The translations under genes were made by a program, and so were the position numbers. This document shows, one piece after another, positions 51,004 to 59,487 of a stretch of 64,000 nucleotides of DNA. The notes under the pieces were generated by a model. The model did no database searches. It saw nothing but the letters and a program-made list of their open reading frames with translations, and had not been told where the DNA came from. This DNA is from an uncultured candidate division Zixibacteria bacterium (GTDB lineage: Bacteria; Zixibacteria; MSB-5A5; RBG-16-43-9), in the NCBI GenBank assembly GCA_963713865.1, contig OY970208.1, forward strand, positions 96,001-160,000. Reading direction: 5' to 3'. Within the stretch, counting starts at the first letter, position 1; each line of letters starts with the position of its first letter.

Positions 51004-51732
51004 TCAGGTCCCCTGAAAAGACTCCTCGCGTACGAGAGTATCACTGTCCTCAGTAAAATACAATTTTAGATTAGTATCTTTGGATTCTTTAAACCTTAAT
51101 ACATTCTCATAATATTGAATTCTAAACCTTCTTTTTGCTCCATTTGCTTCAATTTTCTTAGTTTCTACGCGACTAGGATTTCCAATCTCTTTCTCTACTT
51201 CTTCTCGAGTCATTCCAAGCTTCAAATCTAATCCTAGTCTTAAAGGTTTAGAAGAATATCCTTCTTTTATTAAAGCCCCGTTCTCAAACATAAGATTTCG
51301 AATATGAGTACCCGTCTGACCACTTGTAGAAACAGAATAATGCAGTAATTTTATCGTTCCTTTCTGGTGAATCGATGAAGGTGCACCTATACTTTCCATC
51401 ACCTGTTCTTCGGTCATTCCTTTAATAACTCTACCCTCAAGAAAAGCGTTGGCGATTCCTGCACCCCATTTTTGATACCATATTGGATATAAGGCAATTT
51501 TTTTGTTCCCTGCAATACTTTCAGTTAAATCACTCGATATTTTCGCAATTGTTAAATACAAAACACCGCCAAAGATAGCAGCAAATATTAGACCAATACC
51601 TGGAATTACAAATGGGTGAGACCCCTCACCATAACCTGTCGAGTGACTAATCATAACAATTCCTGCAATAGTACCTGCAATCATCAATATCCAAGCAAAA
51701 GCAGATAATGCCTGAGCATATGAGTTTTTCAT
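51004..51732 (-). CDS. Membrane protein with two BamE/SmpA-like repeats
   Basis: Two TM helices; KGMTEEQVMESIGAP and LGMTREEVEKEIGNP repeats. Confidence 0.65.
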   Translation of the reverse strand: MKNSYAQALSAFAWILMIAGTIAGIVMISHSTGYGEGSHPFVIPGIGLIFAAIFGGVLYLTIAKISSDLTESIAGNKKIALYPIWYQKWGAGIANAFLEGRVIKGMTEEQVMESIGAPSSIHQKGTIKLLHYSVSTSGQTGTHIRNLMFENGALIKEGYSSKPLRLGLDLKLGMTREEVEKEIGNPSRVETKKIEANGAKRRFRIQYYENVLRFKESKDTNLKLYFTEDSDTLVREESFQGT

Positions 51733-51836
51733 CTTCCCTCCCTAAATTTAATAATTAATTTTCAATCTCTTGCTATCTGTCCGCGACTTTACTTTACATA
51801 CCCAGGTTACCTTTTCACGCGATCATTTTCTTTTCT

Positions 51837-51928
51837 CGTAGCGCGAGGCTTTTAGCCTCGCAATGCGACCCTGAAAGGGTCGCGCTACGAACTTCCCTCT
51901 CCTCGTAGGAGAGGGATTAAGGGTGAGG
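51837..51928. repeat. REP doublet and hairpin downstream of aspS
   Basis: cgtagcgcgaggcttttagcctcgc-aat-gcgaccctgaaagggtcgcgctacg; ccctctcct-cgt-aggagaggg. Confidence 0.75.
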
Positions 51929-53752
51929 TCATTCATCTTTTACTATTTTTATCCCCAACTCCTTCAATTGCACCTCATCCACTTCTGATGGGGCTCCGTC
52001 CATTAAGGATTGAGCTGCAGTGGTTTTGGGGAAAGCGATAACATCTCTGATCGATTCTGAGCCACACATCAAAGCCACAATCCTGTCCAAACCCGGTGCA
52101 ATCCCGCCGTGGGGAGGGGCACCATATTCCAAGGCATTCAGTAAGAACCCAAAAGCATTTTCGGCCCTTTTATCATCCCATCCTAAGACATTCAAAATCT
52201 TTAACTGAATATCCCTCTTATGATTTCTGATACCACCTGAAGCAATTTCAGTCCCGTTCATAACCAAATCATACTGCCTTGCTCTTATATTTCTCCAGGG
52301 ATGCTCTGGATTATCTATAGGGAGAGAGGTTTTAAAACCTTGCTCCAGTTTTGGCATATCCTCCTCATACGGCTGGGTAACTATATTATGCATCGCCTGA
52401 ATCTTTTTCTCTTCAGGATTATACTCAAAAAGAGGAAATTCGGTTATCCAGAGAAGCTCCCATCTGTTTTTGTCTATCTTATTATATTTACGTGCAATCT
52501 CCAATCTTAATTTACCCAGAACAGATAAAACCATATCCGATTTATCTGCCACAATAAATACAATATCCCCCTCATTTAATTTTAATCTATCAACCATTGA
52601 ATCAAGCTCTGGCTGATTTATATATTTCATAATCGGAGAACGGAATCCCTCTTTTAACTTAGCAATCCAAACCAGACCCTTAGCTCCAGTTTTTTTTGCA
52701 CCTTCCTCCAATTCATCTATCTGCTTCCGGCTTAAAAATCCTCCCTGGTTGAAATTTATCCCTTTAACTTTTCCACCAGAACTTATCGTCTCGGAAAAAA
52801 CCTTAAAACCTGAGTTCTTAACTAAATCAGATAAATCCACAATTTCTATTCCGAACCTGAGATCCGGTTTGTCCGAACCAAACCTTTCCATCGCCTCATC
52901 ATATCTTAATCTGGGGAACGGAGTTTTCAATTCAATATTTAAAACTTTCTTGAAAACATAAGCCATCATCCTCTCAACTACCGAGAAGACGTCATCCTCA
53001 GTCACAAAAGCCATTTCCATATCTATCTGGGAATGCTCTGGCTGTCTATCCGCTCTTAAATCCTCATCCCGGAGACAGTGAGCAATCTGGAAATATCTGT
53101 CAAACCCGGAGATCATCAATATCTGCTTCAATAATTGAGGTGATTGGGGAAGCGCATAGAACTTTCCCGGATTCACACGGCTGGGAACGATAAAATCCCT
53201 TGCACCTTCAGGAGTACTCCGGATTAAGAGCGGAGTTTCAATCTCATAGAAACCAATGGAATCAAGATAATCCCGGATAGCCTTAGTTGCCAGATGCCTT
53301 ATTCTTATATTTTTCTGCAAAGGAGGCCGACGTAAATCTAGATACCGGTATTTCAACTTCAATTCCTCACTGGCATTCGTATCTTCAACGATTTCAAATG
53401 GCGTGGTTTTAGATTCATTGAAAACAGCCATTTTCTCAGCCACAACCTCTATCTCTCCGGTATTCATCTCCTTATTCTGCATTCCCGCAGGTCTTTCTGC
53501 AACAATTCCCTCAATCCCAACCACAAATTCAGTTCTCAAACTGGCAGATAGTTCCATCGTCTCTTTATCCACTAAATCCGGTTTAAAAACCACCTGAGTA
53601 ATACCATATCTATCCCTCAAATCAATAAAAATCAATCCCCCGTGATTCCGGTAACTATTCACCCACCCGTTCAATCTCACCTTTTGCCCGGAATGAGATT
53701 TCCTTAATTCCCCGCAAGTGTGAGTGCGCTTTAGATTTTTGAAATTATCCAA
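51929..53752 (-). CDS. aspS: Aspartate-tRNA ligase
   Basis: RTHTCGEL, FIDLRDRYG, ALPQSPQ, DEDLRADRQPE and GAPPHGG.A.GLDR motifs. The His in RNHGG is associated with non-discriminating enzymes. Confidence 0.96.
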   Translation of the reverse strand: MDNFKNLKRTHTCGELRKSHSGQKVRLNGWVNSYRNHGGLIFIDLRDRYGITQVVFKPDLVDKETMELSASLRTEFVVGIEGIVAERPAGMQNKEMNTGEIEVVAEKMAVFNESKTTPFEIVEDTNASEELKLKYRYLDLRRPPLQKNIRIRHLATKAIRDYLDSIGFYEIETPLLIRSTPEGARDFIVPSRVNPGKFYALPQSPQLLKQILMISGFDRYFQIAHCLRDEDLRADRQPEHSQIDMEMAFVTEDDVFSVVERMMAYVFKKVLNIELKTPFPRLRYDEAMERFGSDKPDLRFGIEIVDLSDLVKNSGFKVFSETISSGGKVKGINFNQGGFLSRKQIDELEEGAKKTGAKGLVWIAKLKEGFRSPIMKYINQPELDSMVDRLKLNEGDIVFIVADKSDMVLSVLGKLRLEIARKYNKIDKNRWELLWITEFPLFEYNPEEKKIQAMHNIVTQPYEEDMPKLEQGFKTSLPIDNPEHPWRNIRARQYDLVMNGTEIASGGIRNHKRDIQLKILNVLGWDDKRAENAFGFLLNALEYGAPPHGGIAPGLDRIVALMCGSESIRDVIAFPKTTAAQSLMDGAPSEVDEVQLKELGIKIVKDE

Positions 53753-53767
53753 ATTTTCTCCTATGAT

Positions 53768-55801
53768 TCATTTCTGTTTAGAATATTTCTCCATATACCA
53801 ATTCAAGAATCTAACCTCAGCGGAAATTATAACCTCTATATCTTCTAATTTCAAATCTTTTACATACTGGGGTAACGGATGTGAACCTCTGCTACCGATT
53901 GACCAAATTAATACAAGTAAGTTTTTAATATAAGCGTTGATTTCATTTCTATCACATAATTCATTGACCTTTTCAAGAAAATCCTTATCTTTCGAACCCT
54001 TGTAAATCTTATAAAAATACTCTTCTGCGGTACGTCTTAGCGGGTTTAATAGAATATATGGACGTGTATCACCAAGTTTTTCCACCAATTCTTTAGTTTC
54101 TTCATGATGTTCAGGAAAACTATTTTTTATACTACCTAATAAAGACATGATTCTTTTCGTGGTATCAACAGGAATATCTTTTGTCTCAATCTTGTTTAAA
54201 TTTTCTACCTCAATATGCAAATCACTTATAAACTTTTCTCTTAAATTTTCTATTTTGATTATTATCTCTTGATTATCTGGATCATATCTTTGTGCGTTTT
54301 TATATTCAGCGAAAGCATTATCATAGTCATTTTTCAGTTTATATAACTCTCCTCGGTGAATATGACAATCAGTTTGACAATTTTCATATTCACCAATAAG
54401 ATCAATCAAAGGTATATATATTTCAGGAAATCTCATCCAGTCAATTGCTAAAAGCCCAACATAAAAGGTTGAAGCGCTTTCAAAAAGTTTCAAACAATAA
54501 TTTATCAAGTAATCTTTTGAATCTTGTCGTTCCTCGGTTTGTATATATGTAAACATAGACTTAGCCGTTAAGTATGCAATGACCATTAACTCGAAATACT
54601 CCCTCACGAGAATCTTGGTACGATCCTCTAAAGGGATATTGACCATATGTTCGATTTCAGAATAATCTGTATAAACGGGAAAAGGTGTGGACAAGTAAAT
54701 TTCACCGATTTTTCGAGGTCTTCCTATCTTCCAATATAACTCAGTCAAGTTTGCAAACAACCTTGAATCCTCTAAGTCATAAAAAAGATGATAAAAATAA
54801 AGACCCTCGATAACTTGCACATTTCCTACTTTTGTATTCTTAGTCTCTTTATAATAATAATGCTCCATGAAACTAGGGTCAATTTTCTCAATCTCGTCGT
54901 ATACCTTGATTGCTCTTTCAAAATCTTCCAAACGAACCAATGCCCTTAGTTCCAAGGCCCTCACCAGAATGGGAAATGGTAGTTCTTTCGCTTGTATTTC
55001 TTCTTCAAGGACTATTTTCTCCCTTTCGAATGCGACCATGTGAGCCTTTGTCACATTAGAATCTGCTATTGTTTTCAAATCTATTTTCTCTATAAGTTCC
55101 AATGCCTTACGGAGGTCTTCTCTTCCCCCTTTCCTTATGTATAATCGGGCTAAGTTCTTGTAATACTCGTTCTCTATGGCGATCCGCGAATAAGGGTCGC
55201 AATTCTTTAAAGATAATTCAAACCAGAGTTTATAGTTATTAATGGCCTCATTGAAAAATGAATCAAAATACCATCCCTCTGTGATAGCATTTGCTAAATC
55301 AAGATAGCTTTTGGGATCACCCAGATCCAATGATATTATCTGCTCATAATAACCTTTCGCCGAGATACTCAATCCTGGCTTATTTTCAAATATCCTAGCA
55401 AGTTCCCTAAGAGTCTCTTTTTCTGAAAATTTTCTTCTTTCTAAAACCTGCTGATATTGGATCTTTTTATCAAAATATTGTGTAATTTTTTCGTGGTCAA
55501 TAGCATTTCTTAATTTGTCATCATAAATCCTTATGAAAAAAGTTAAAATCAAATATTTAATATTTAAATCTTTATCACTACATTTTTCGAGAATATTCTC
55601 CAATGGCCATTTTACAATATCAAAATCTTCCTCAAAATCATATTTCCCCTTTAAATCATTATATAATTCTTCTGCTGTTATATCATAACCACAATTCACA
55701 CACTTACCATCGAAAAGTACCATCTCGCCCCTTACACTATAATACCTGGGATTCTCAAAAGTCTCCTGATTACATTTTGGACAATTTATCCTGTCATCCA
55801 T
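53768..55801 (-). CDS. Zn-ribbon + TPR-like + DUF4145/HEPN-like protein
   Basis: CPKC..CVNC at the N-terminus; TPR-like helices (HRGELY...A..EY..A..YDP); C-terminal RRTAE..L...N.I...IWSIGSRGSHP. Confidence 0.65.
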   Translation of the reverse strand: MDDRINCPKCNQETFENPRYYSVRGEMVLFDGKCVNCGYDITAEELYNDLKGKYDFEEDFDIVKWPLENILEKCSDKDLNIKYLILTFFIRIYDDKLRNAIDHEKITQYFDKKIQYQQVLERRKFSEKETLRELARIFENKPGLSISAKGYYEQIISLDLGDPKSYLDLANAITEGWYFDSFFNEAINNYKLWFELSLKNCDPYSRIAIENEYYKNLARLYIRKGGREDLRKALELIEKIDLKTIADSNVTKAHMVAFEREKIVLEEEIQAKELPFPILVRALELRALVRLEDFERAIKVYDEIEKIDPSFMEHYYYKETKNTKVGNVQVIEGLYFYHLFYDLEDSRLFANLTELYWKIGRPRKIGEIYLSTPFPVYTDYSEIEHMVNIPLEDRTKILVREYFELMVIAYLTAKSMFTYIQTEERQDSKDYLINYCLKLFESASTFYVGLLAIDWMRFPEIYIPLIDLIGEYENCQTDCHIHRGELYKLKNDYDNAFAEYKNAQRYDPDNQEIIIKIENLREKFISDLHIEVENLNKIETKDIPVDTTKRIMSLLGSIKNSFPEHHEETKELVEKLGDTRPYILLNPLRRTAEEYFYKIYKGSKDKDFLEKVNELCDRNEINAYIKNLLVLIWSIGSRGSHPLPQYVKDLKLEDIEVIISAEVRFLNWYMEKYSKQK

Positions 55802-55831
55802 AACAATCTCTTATAGGTTATCTATTTGTTT

Positions 55832-57088
55832 CTACCCTCTAATCAACTCCTGCACCAATTTCCCAAACTCAATCTCCTTCTGTTCTTTAGTCTCCATATC
55901 CCTCAAAATCCCTTTACCTTTCCTCAGTTCATCTTCTCCGATGATTAATACTTTTTTAGCTTTCTGCCTATCTGCCTCTTTCAATTGAGATTTTAGGCTT
56001 CTGCCAAGAAAATCTATGTCGCATTTTAGACCATTTTCTCTCAGGTCTTTAACGATTTTCAATGCTAAACTCTTTGCCTCCTCTCCCAGATGAGCAACAA
56101 AAAGGTCCAGTCTTTCATTCTCAGGAGGAAACTTCTTCTGCATTTGTAAAACTAAAATCAACCTTTCAATCCCTGCGGCAAAACCAATGGCTGGCGTATC
56201 TTTGCCACCCAGTTCAGAGACCAGAAGGTCGTATCTGCCACCACCGAGCAAGGTATCCTGAGCACCTAAGGATTCAGATTTTATCTCAAAGGTCGTTCTG
56301 GTATAATAATCCAGCCCTCTAACCAGTCTGCCGTTCAGAATATATTCAATTTTCATTTGTTCCAGATAGTTTCTCACTTTCTGAAAATGCTCTCTACATT
56401 CAGAATCCAGGTAATCCAGAATCATCGGGGCATCTTTTAAAGCTTCTATACAGCCTTCATTTTTGCAGTCAAATATCCTCAAAGGATTACGATTAAGCCT
56501 GATCTGGCATTCCTGACAGAACTTATCGATCTTATCCTTGACAAATTTATTAAAAGCATCCCGGTGAGCTGGCCTGCAATTTTTACACCCGATACTGTTC
56601 AGCTGAAGTTTTAGATTTTCCAATCCAAAAGCATTATTTATCCGCACGCCAAGATCGATAAGTTCAGCATCCACCAGCGGGTCCAAAGAGCCAATCACCT
56701 CTGCACCATATTGATAGAATTCTCTTAACCTTCCCTTCTGCGGTCTTTCCTGCCTGAACATCGGACCAAAATAAAAAAGTTTTACCAGAGGAGATTTTTC
56801 ACCTATACTATGTTCTATAAAAGCCCTGACAATTGAAGCCGTCCCCTCAGGTCTTAAAGTCAGGCTCCTTTTGCCCTGATCCTGAAAAGTATACATTTCC
56901 TTCTGCACGATATCGGTATCGTCTCCGATGCTCCTTTTGAAAAGCTCAGTCTGTTCAAAAATCGGAGTCCTGATCTCTTTATAATTGTATAAAGATAAAA
57001 TTACTCGAATCTTCTCCTCTAAATATCTCCATTTAGAAGCATCCTCTGGCAAAAGGTCTTTAGTCCCTTGAAGGGCAGTATATTTCAT
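55832..57088 (-). CDS. hisS: Histidine-tRNA ligase
   Basis: LRPEGTA, FRQERPQKGR.REF.Q, LVRGLDYY and GGGRYD motifs. Confidence 0.97.
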   Translation of the reverse strand: MKYTALQGTKDLLPEDASKWRYLEEKIRVILSLYNYKEIRTPIFEQTELFKRSIGDDTDIVQKEMYTFQDQGKRSLTLRPEGTASIVRAFIEHSIGEKSPLVKLFYFGPMFRQERPQKGRLREFYQYGAEVIGSLDPLVDAELIDLGVRINNAFGLENLKLQLNSIGCKNCRPAHRDAFNKFVKDKIDKFCQECQIRLNRNPLRIFDCKNEGCIEALKDAPMILDYLDSECREHFQKVRNYLEQMKIEYILNGRLVRGLDYYTRTTFEIKSESLGAQDTLLGGGRYDLLVSELGGKDTPAIGFAAGIERLILVLQMQKKFPPENERLDLFVAHLGEEAKSLALKIVKDLRENGLKCDIDFLGRSLKSQLKEADRQKAKKVLIIGEDELRKGKGILRDMETKEQKEIEFGKLVQELIRG

Positions 57089-57158
57089 CTTGCTCCTTTC
57101 CTATGGCTCGAAAAATGATAATATCTAAAAAAAATAAAGTCAATATAAAAAGCAGAAC

Positions 57159-57397
57159 TGTAGGGGCTGACCTATGTGTCTGCCCCTGCAAAACATTCTG
57201 GGCGAACACACAGGTTCGCCCCTACATCCTACGAATTTTTTGGTAATAACCCCCACCTTGTGGTCATGGTGGGGATACCATACTCTATCTGTCATTGCGA
57301 GGAGTCATGCAAAATGCAGGACGACGAAGCAATCCACCTCTGGTAAAGTAAAGTAATCGGATTGCTTCGTTCCGATAAATCGGAACTCGCAATGACA
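57159..57397. repeat. REP cluster plus long palindromic element copy 2 (57290-57397)
   Basis: tgtaggggc..gggcgaacacacaggttcgcccctaca; ccccaccttgtggtcatggtgggg; tgtcattgcg..cgcaatgaca. Confidence 0.78.
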
Positions 57398-57419
57398 AAC
57401 TACTAAGTTTATATGTCTC

Positions 57420-57839
57420 TCAATCTGTATCTATCGTTCTTTTCCTATAATAAACCCAAAAAACTAACTGGATTAAAGCCACCCCTAAAAAATCAGCGGC
57501 AAAATCCAGGATGTCAGCAGACCTTCCAGGAATAAAACGCTGGTGAATCTCGTCTAATACTGCAAAAGATGCCCCTATAAAGATAGAGATAATCAAAACA
57601 TTCTTCTTGAGAAAATCTCTGGAAGAATTAAGAAGCGAAAAGAATAAAAAGACCGAGAAGACCCCATACTCTATAAAATGATAAAGTTTATCCTGATTCT
57701 TAAAACCCAATTCTGGAGCTGAAAGATCCGGGATGGAGGAGATTATCAAGATAACAGCAGCATAGGCCAAGGTCAGCCAGGTATAAGGGAATCTTTTTTT
57801 TGACACGATTTTAATATTCTTTTCAACCTCTTTCAACAT
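57420..57839 (-). CDS. VanZ-like family protein
   Basis: DKLYHFIEYG and DEIHQ.FIPGR....D..AD..G motifs; start position uncertain. Confidence 0.88.
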   Translation of the reverse strand: MLKEVEKNIKIVSKKRFPYTWLTLAYAAVILIISSIPDLSAPELGFKNQDKLYHFIEYGVFSVFLFFSLLNSSRDFLKKNVLIISIFIGASFAVLDEIHQRFIPGRSADILDFAADFLGVALIQLVFWVYYRKRTIDTD

Positions 57840-59388
57840 TAACCTCTGCAGCCATTTTACCCCTCACTTTTTCCAACCCTGCTGATCTGTTACCAGATCT
57901 TATTATTCTACCTTCAATCTTCGAATTTATTTGTCCTTTTCTTTTCACCTCCCGGAGAAAAACCTCCCGATCCAGATCCGGTAAGAATTCATATTTCAAG
58001 TTCTGTTTGGGAATTCCCAGAAAATCCTTTGACTGTGCCAGGATATAATCGTTTATCACTACCTTATAATTTTTATTCGGAATAATATCTCTGTTGTTCA
58101 CCTTGACCTCAATTACCCTTTCTCCAAAGGGTCTTTCCAGAGTATAACTATATTTCAATCCTGAAACCTGAAGTAAATCAATCCCCTTTCTGCAGTTCTT
58201 TTCTAAAACATTCAAGAGCTTTTCTCCGGTTAGTTCAATAACCACTAAGCGGTCAGAAAAAGGAGTGATTTCCCATATATCCCGTACCGTAATCGGACCA
58301 ACTCCCAGATTTTTTCTAATCCCTCCAGAATTTGTAAAAGCCACATCTGTTTTGGCATAGCTTTTCATCGCATCCGCTAAAAAATTACCGATATTCGATT
58401 CCTCATCATCTTTTCTGATCCAGGGAGTTACAAGCTCACCTATCTTTTCATCCAGGTCTATCCCGGTATTTCTTTCCAGCTCCTCTATTCTATTCTGCAC
58501 CAAAGAATCTGGTTTGACTCCATCTATTCGTGTCTCTATTAAATTATTATGATAACTTATTATTTCCCCCTTGGAATTTAAAAAAAGCTCCAGCTTCCCT
58601 AAATATCTTCCTCTTGAGCCAGCCTGGCAGATAAGGGTATTATTTATCTTAAAGGGTTTGAAGATGGTAGTATGGCTATGCCCGCCGATTATCAATTCTA
58701 ACCCTTCAATTTTTTGGGCTATACTTTTATCTTTCTGAACCCCCATATGGCTGACCAGAATTTGAAGATCGGTTTTTTCTTCTAATTCGTTCATATAAAA
58801 AGTTAAAGTGCTTTCTGCATTTAGAACTTCAAGCTCCTCACTTTGCTTGAGCATCTTATCTAATCCCTCTGTGATCAAACCAATAAAGGTAATTTTCAAC
58901 TTTCCCCTGTTCAGAATAATATAGGGATGGACAAAAAGCTCTTTGTTCTTTTTGTAAACTAAATTAGCACAGACAACCGGAAATTGAGCTACCTCTATAT
59001 CTTTTTTCAGGTTCTCAATACCGTAGTCAAACTCGTGATTCCCTAACTCAAAAATATCAGGTTTCAAATAATTTAAAATTTCGATCTGGGCTCTTCCTGA
59101 AGTCAAAGTAGATAGCGGATCCCCGGTGAACTCATCCCCGGCACAAACTATTATGCTGTTAGGGTCCAGAGTTTTTAATGAGTCTAAGTAACCTGCGAAG
59201 TAGGCACTTCCAGAAATCAGTGCAGAATCCTCTTCGCTTGATGGATAAGATTTTATAGCGGCATGAAAATCGTTCCAGTAGAGCAAGGTAAGTTTAACCT
59301 TTTTGTTTTGCTCGTAGAGCAGAAAAAGGGCAAAGATTAAAATTATTAAAAAAGCAAACCAGATTCTTTTTCTTCTTCTCCTGGGCAT
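57823..59388 (-). CDS. Bifunctional metallophosphatase / 5'-nucleotidase
   Basis: NDFH, AGD, LGNHEFD, GGHSHT and NSGGIR motifs; N-terminal membrane anchor. Confidence 0.92.
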   Translation of the reverse strand: MPRRRRKRIWFAFLIILIFALFLLYEQNKKVKLTLLYWNDFHAAIKSYPSSEEDSALISGSAYFAGYLDSLKTLDPNSIIVCAGDEFTGDPLSTLTSGRAQIEILNYLKPDIFELGNHEFDYGIENLKKDIEVAQFPVVCANLVYKKNKELFVHPYIILNRGKLKITFIGLITEGLDKMLKQSEELEVLNAESTLTFYMNELEEKTDLQILVSHMGVQKDKSIAQKIEGLELIIGGHSHTTIFKPFKINNTLICQAGSRGRYLGKLELFLNSKGEIISYHNNLIETRIDGVKPDSLVQNRIEELERNTGIDLDEKIGELVTPWIRKDDEESNIGNFLADAMKSYAKTDVAFTNSGGIRKNLGVGPITVRDIWEITPFSDRLVVIELTGEKLLNVLEKNCRKGIDLLQVSGLKYSYTLERPFGERVIEVKVNNRDIIPNKNYKVVINDYILAQSKDFLGIPKQNLKYEFLPDLDREVFLREVKRKGQINSKIEGRIIRSGNRSAGLEKVRGKMAAEVNVERG

Positions 59389-59426
59389 AGTATCTCATCC
59401 ACAGAATAAAACAAATTTTCTTAATG

Positions 59427-59467
59427 TCAATAAAAAAAGAGAGCTCCCGTAGGGGAAGCTCTCTTTG
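59427..59467. repeat. Terminator-like hairpin, direct-repeat copy A
   Basis: tcaataaaaaaagagagctcccgtaggggaagctctctttg; copy B at 63493-63533 differs at one base. Confidence 0.8.
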
Positions 59468-59487
59468 ATGAAAAAAAAGATATAATA

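Noticed and set aside
1179-57397. CRISPR array interpretation of the recurrent hairpins
   Set aside because: The repeats are dispersed and heterogeneous, lack regular spacers, and there are no cas genes.
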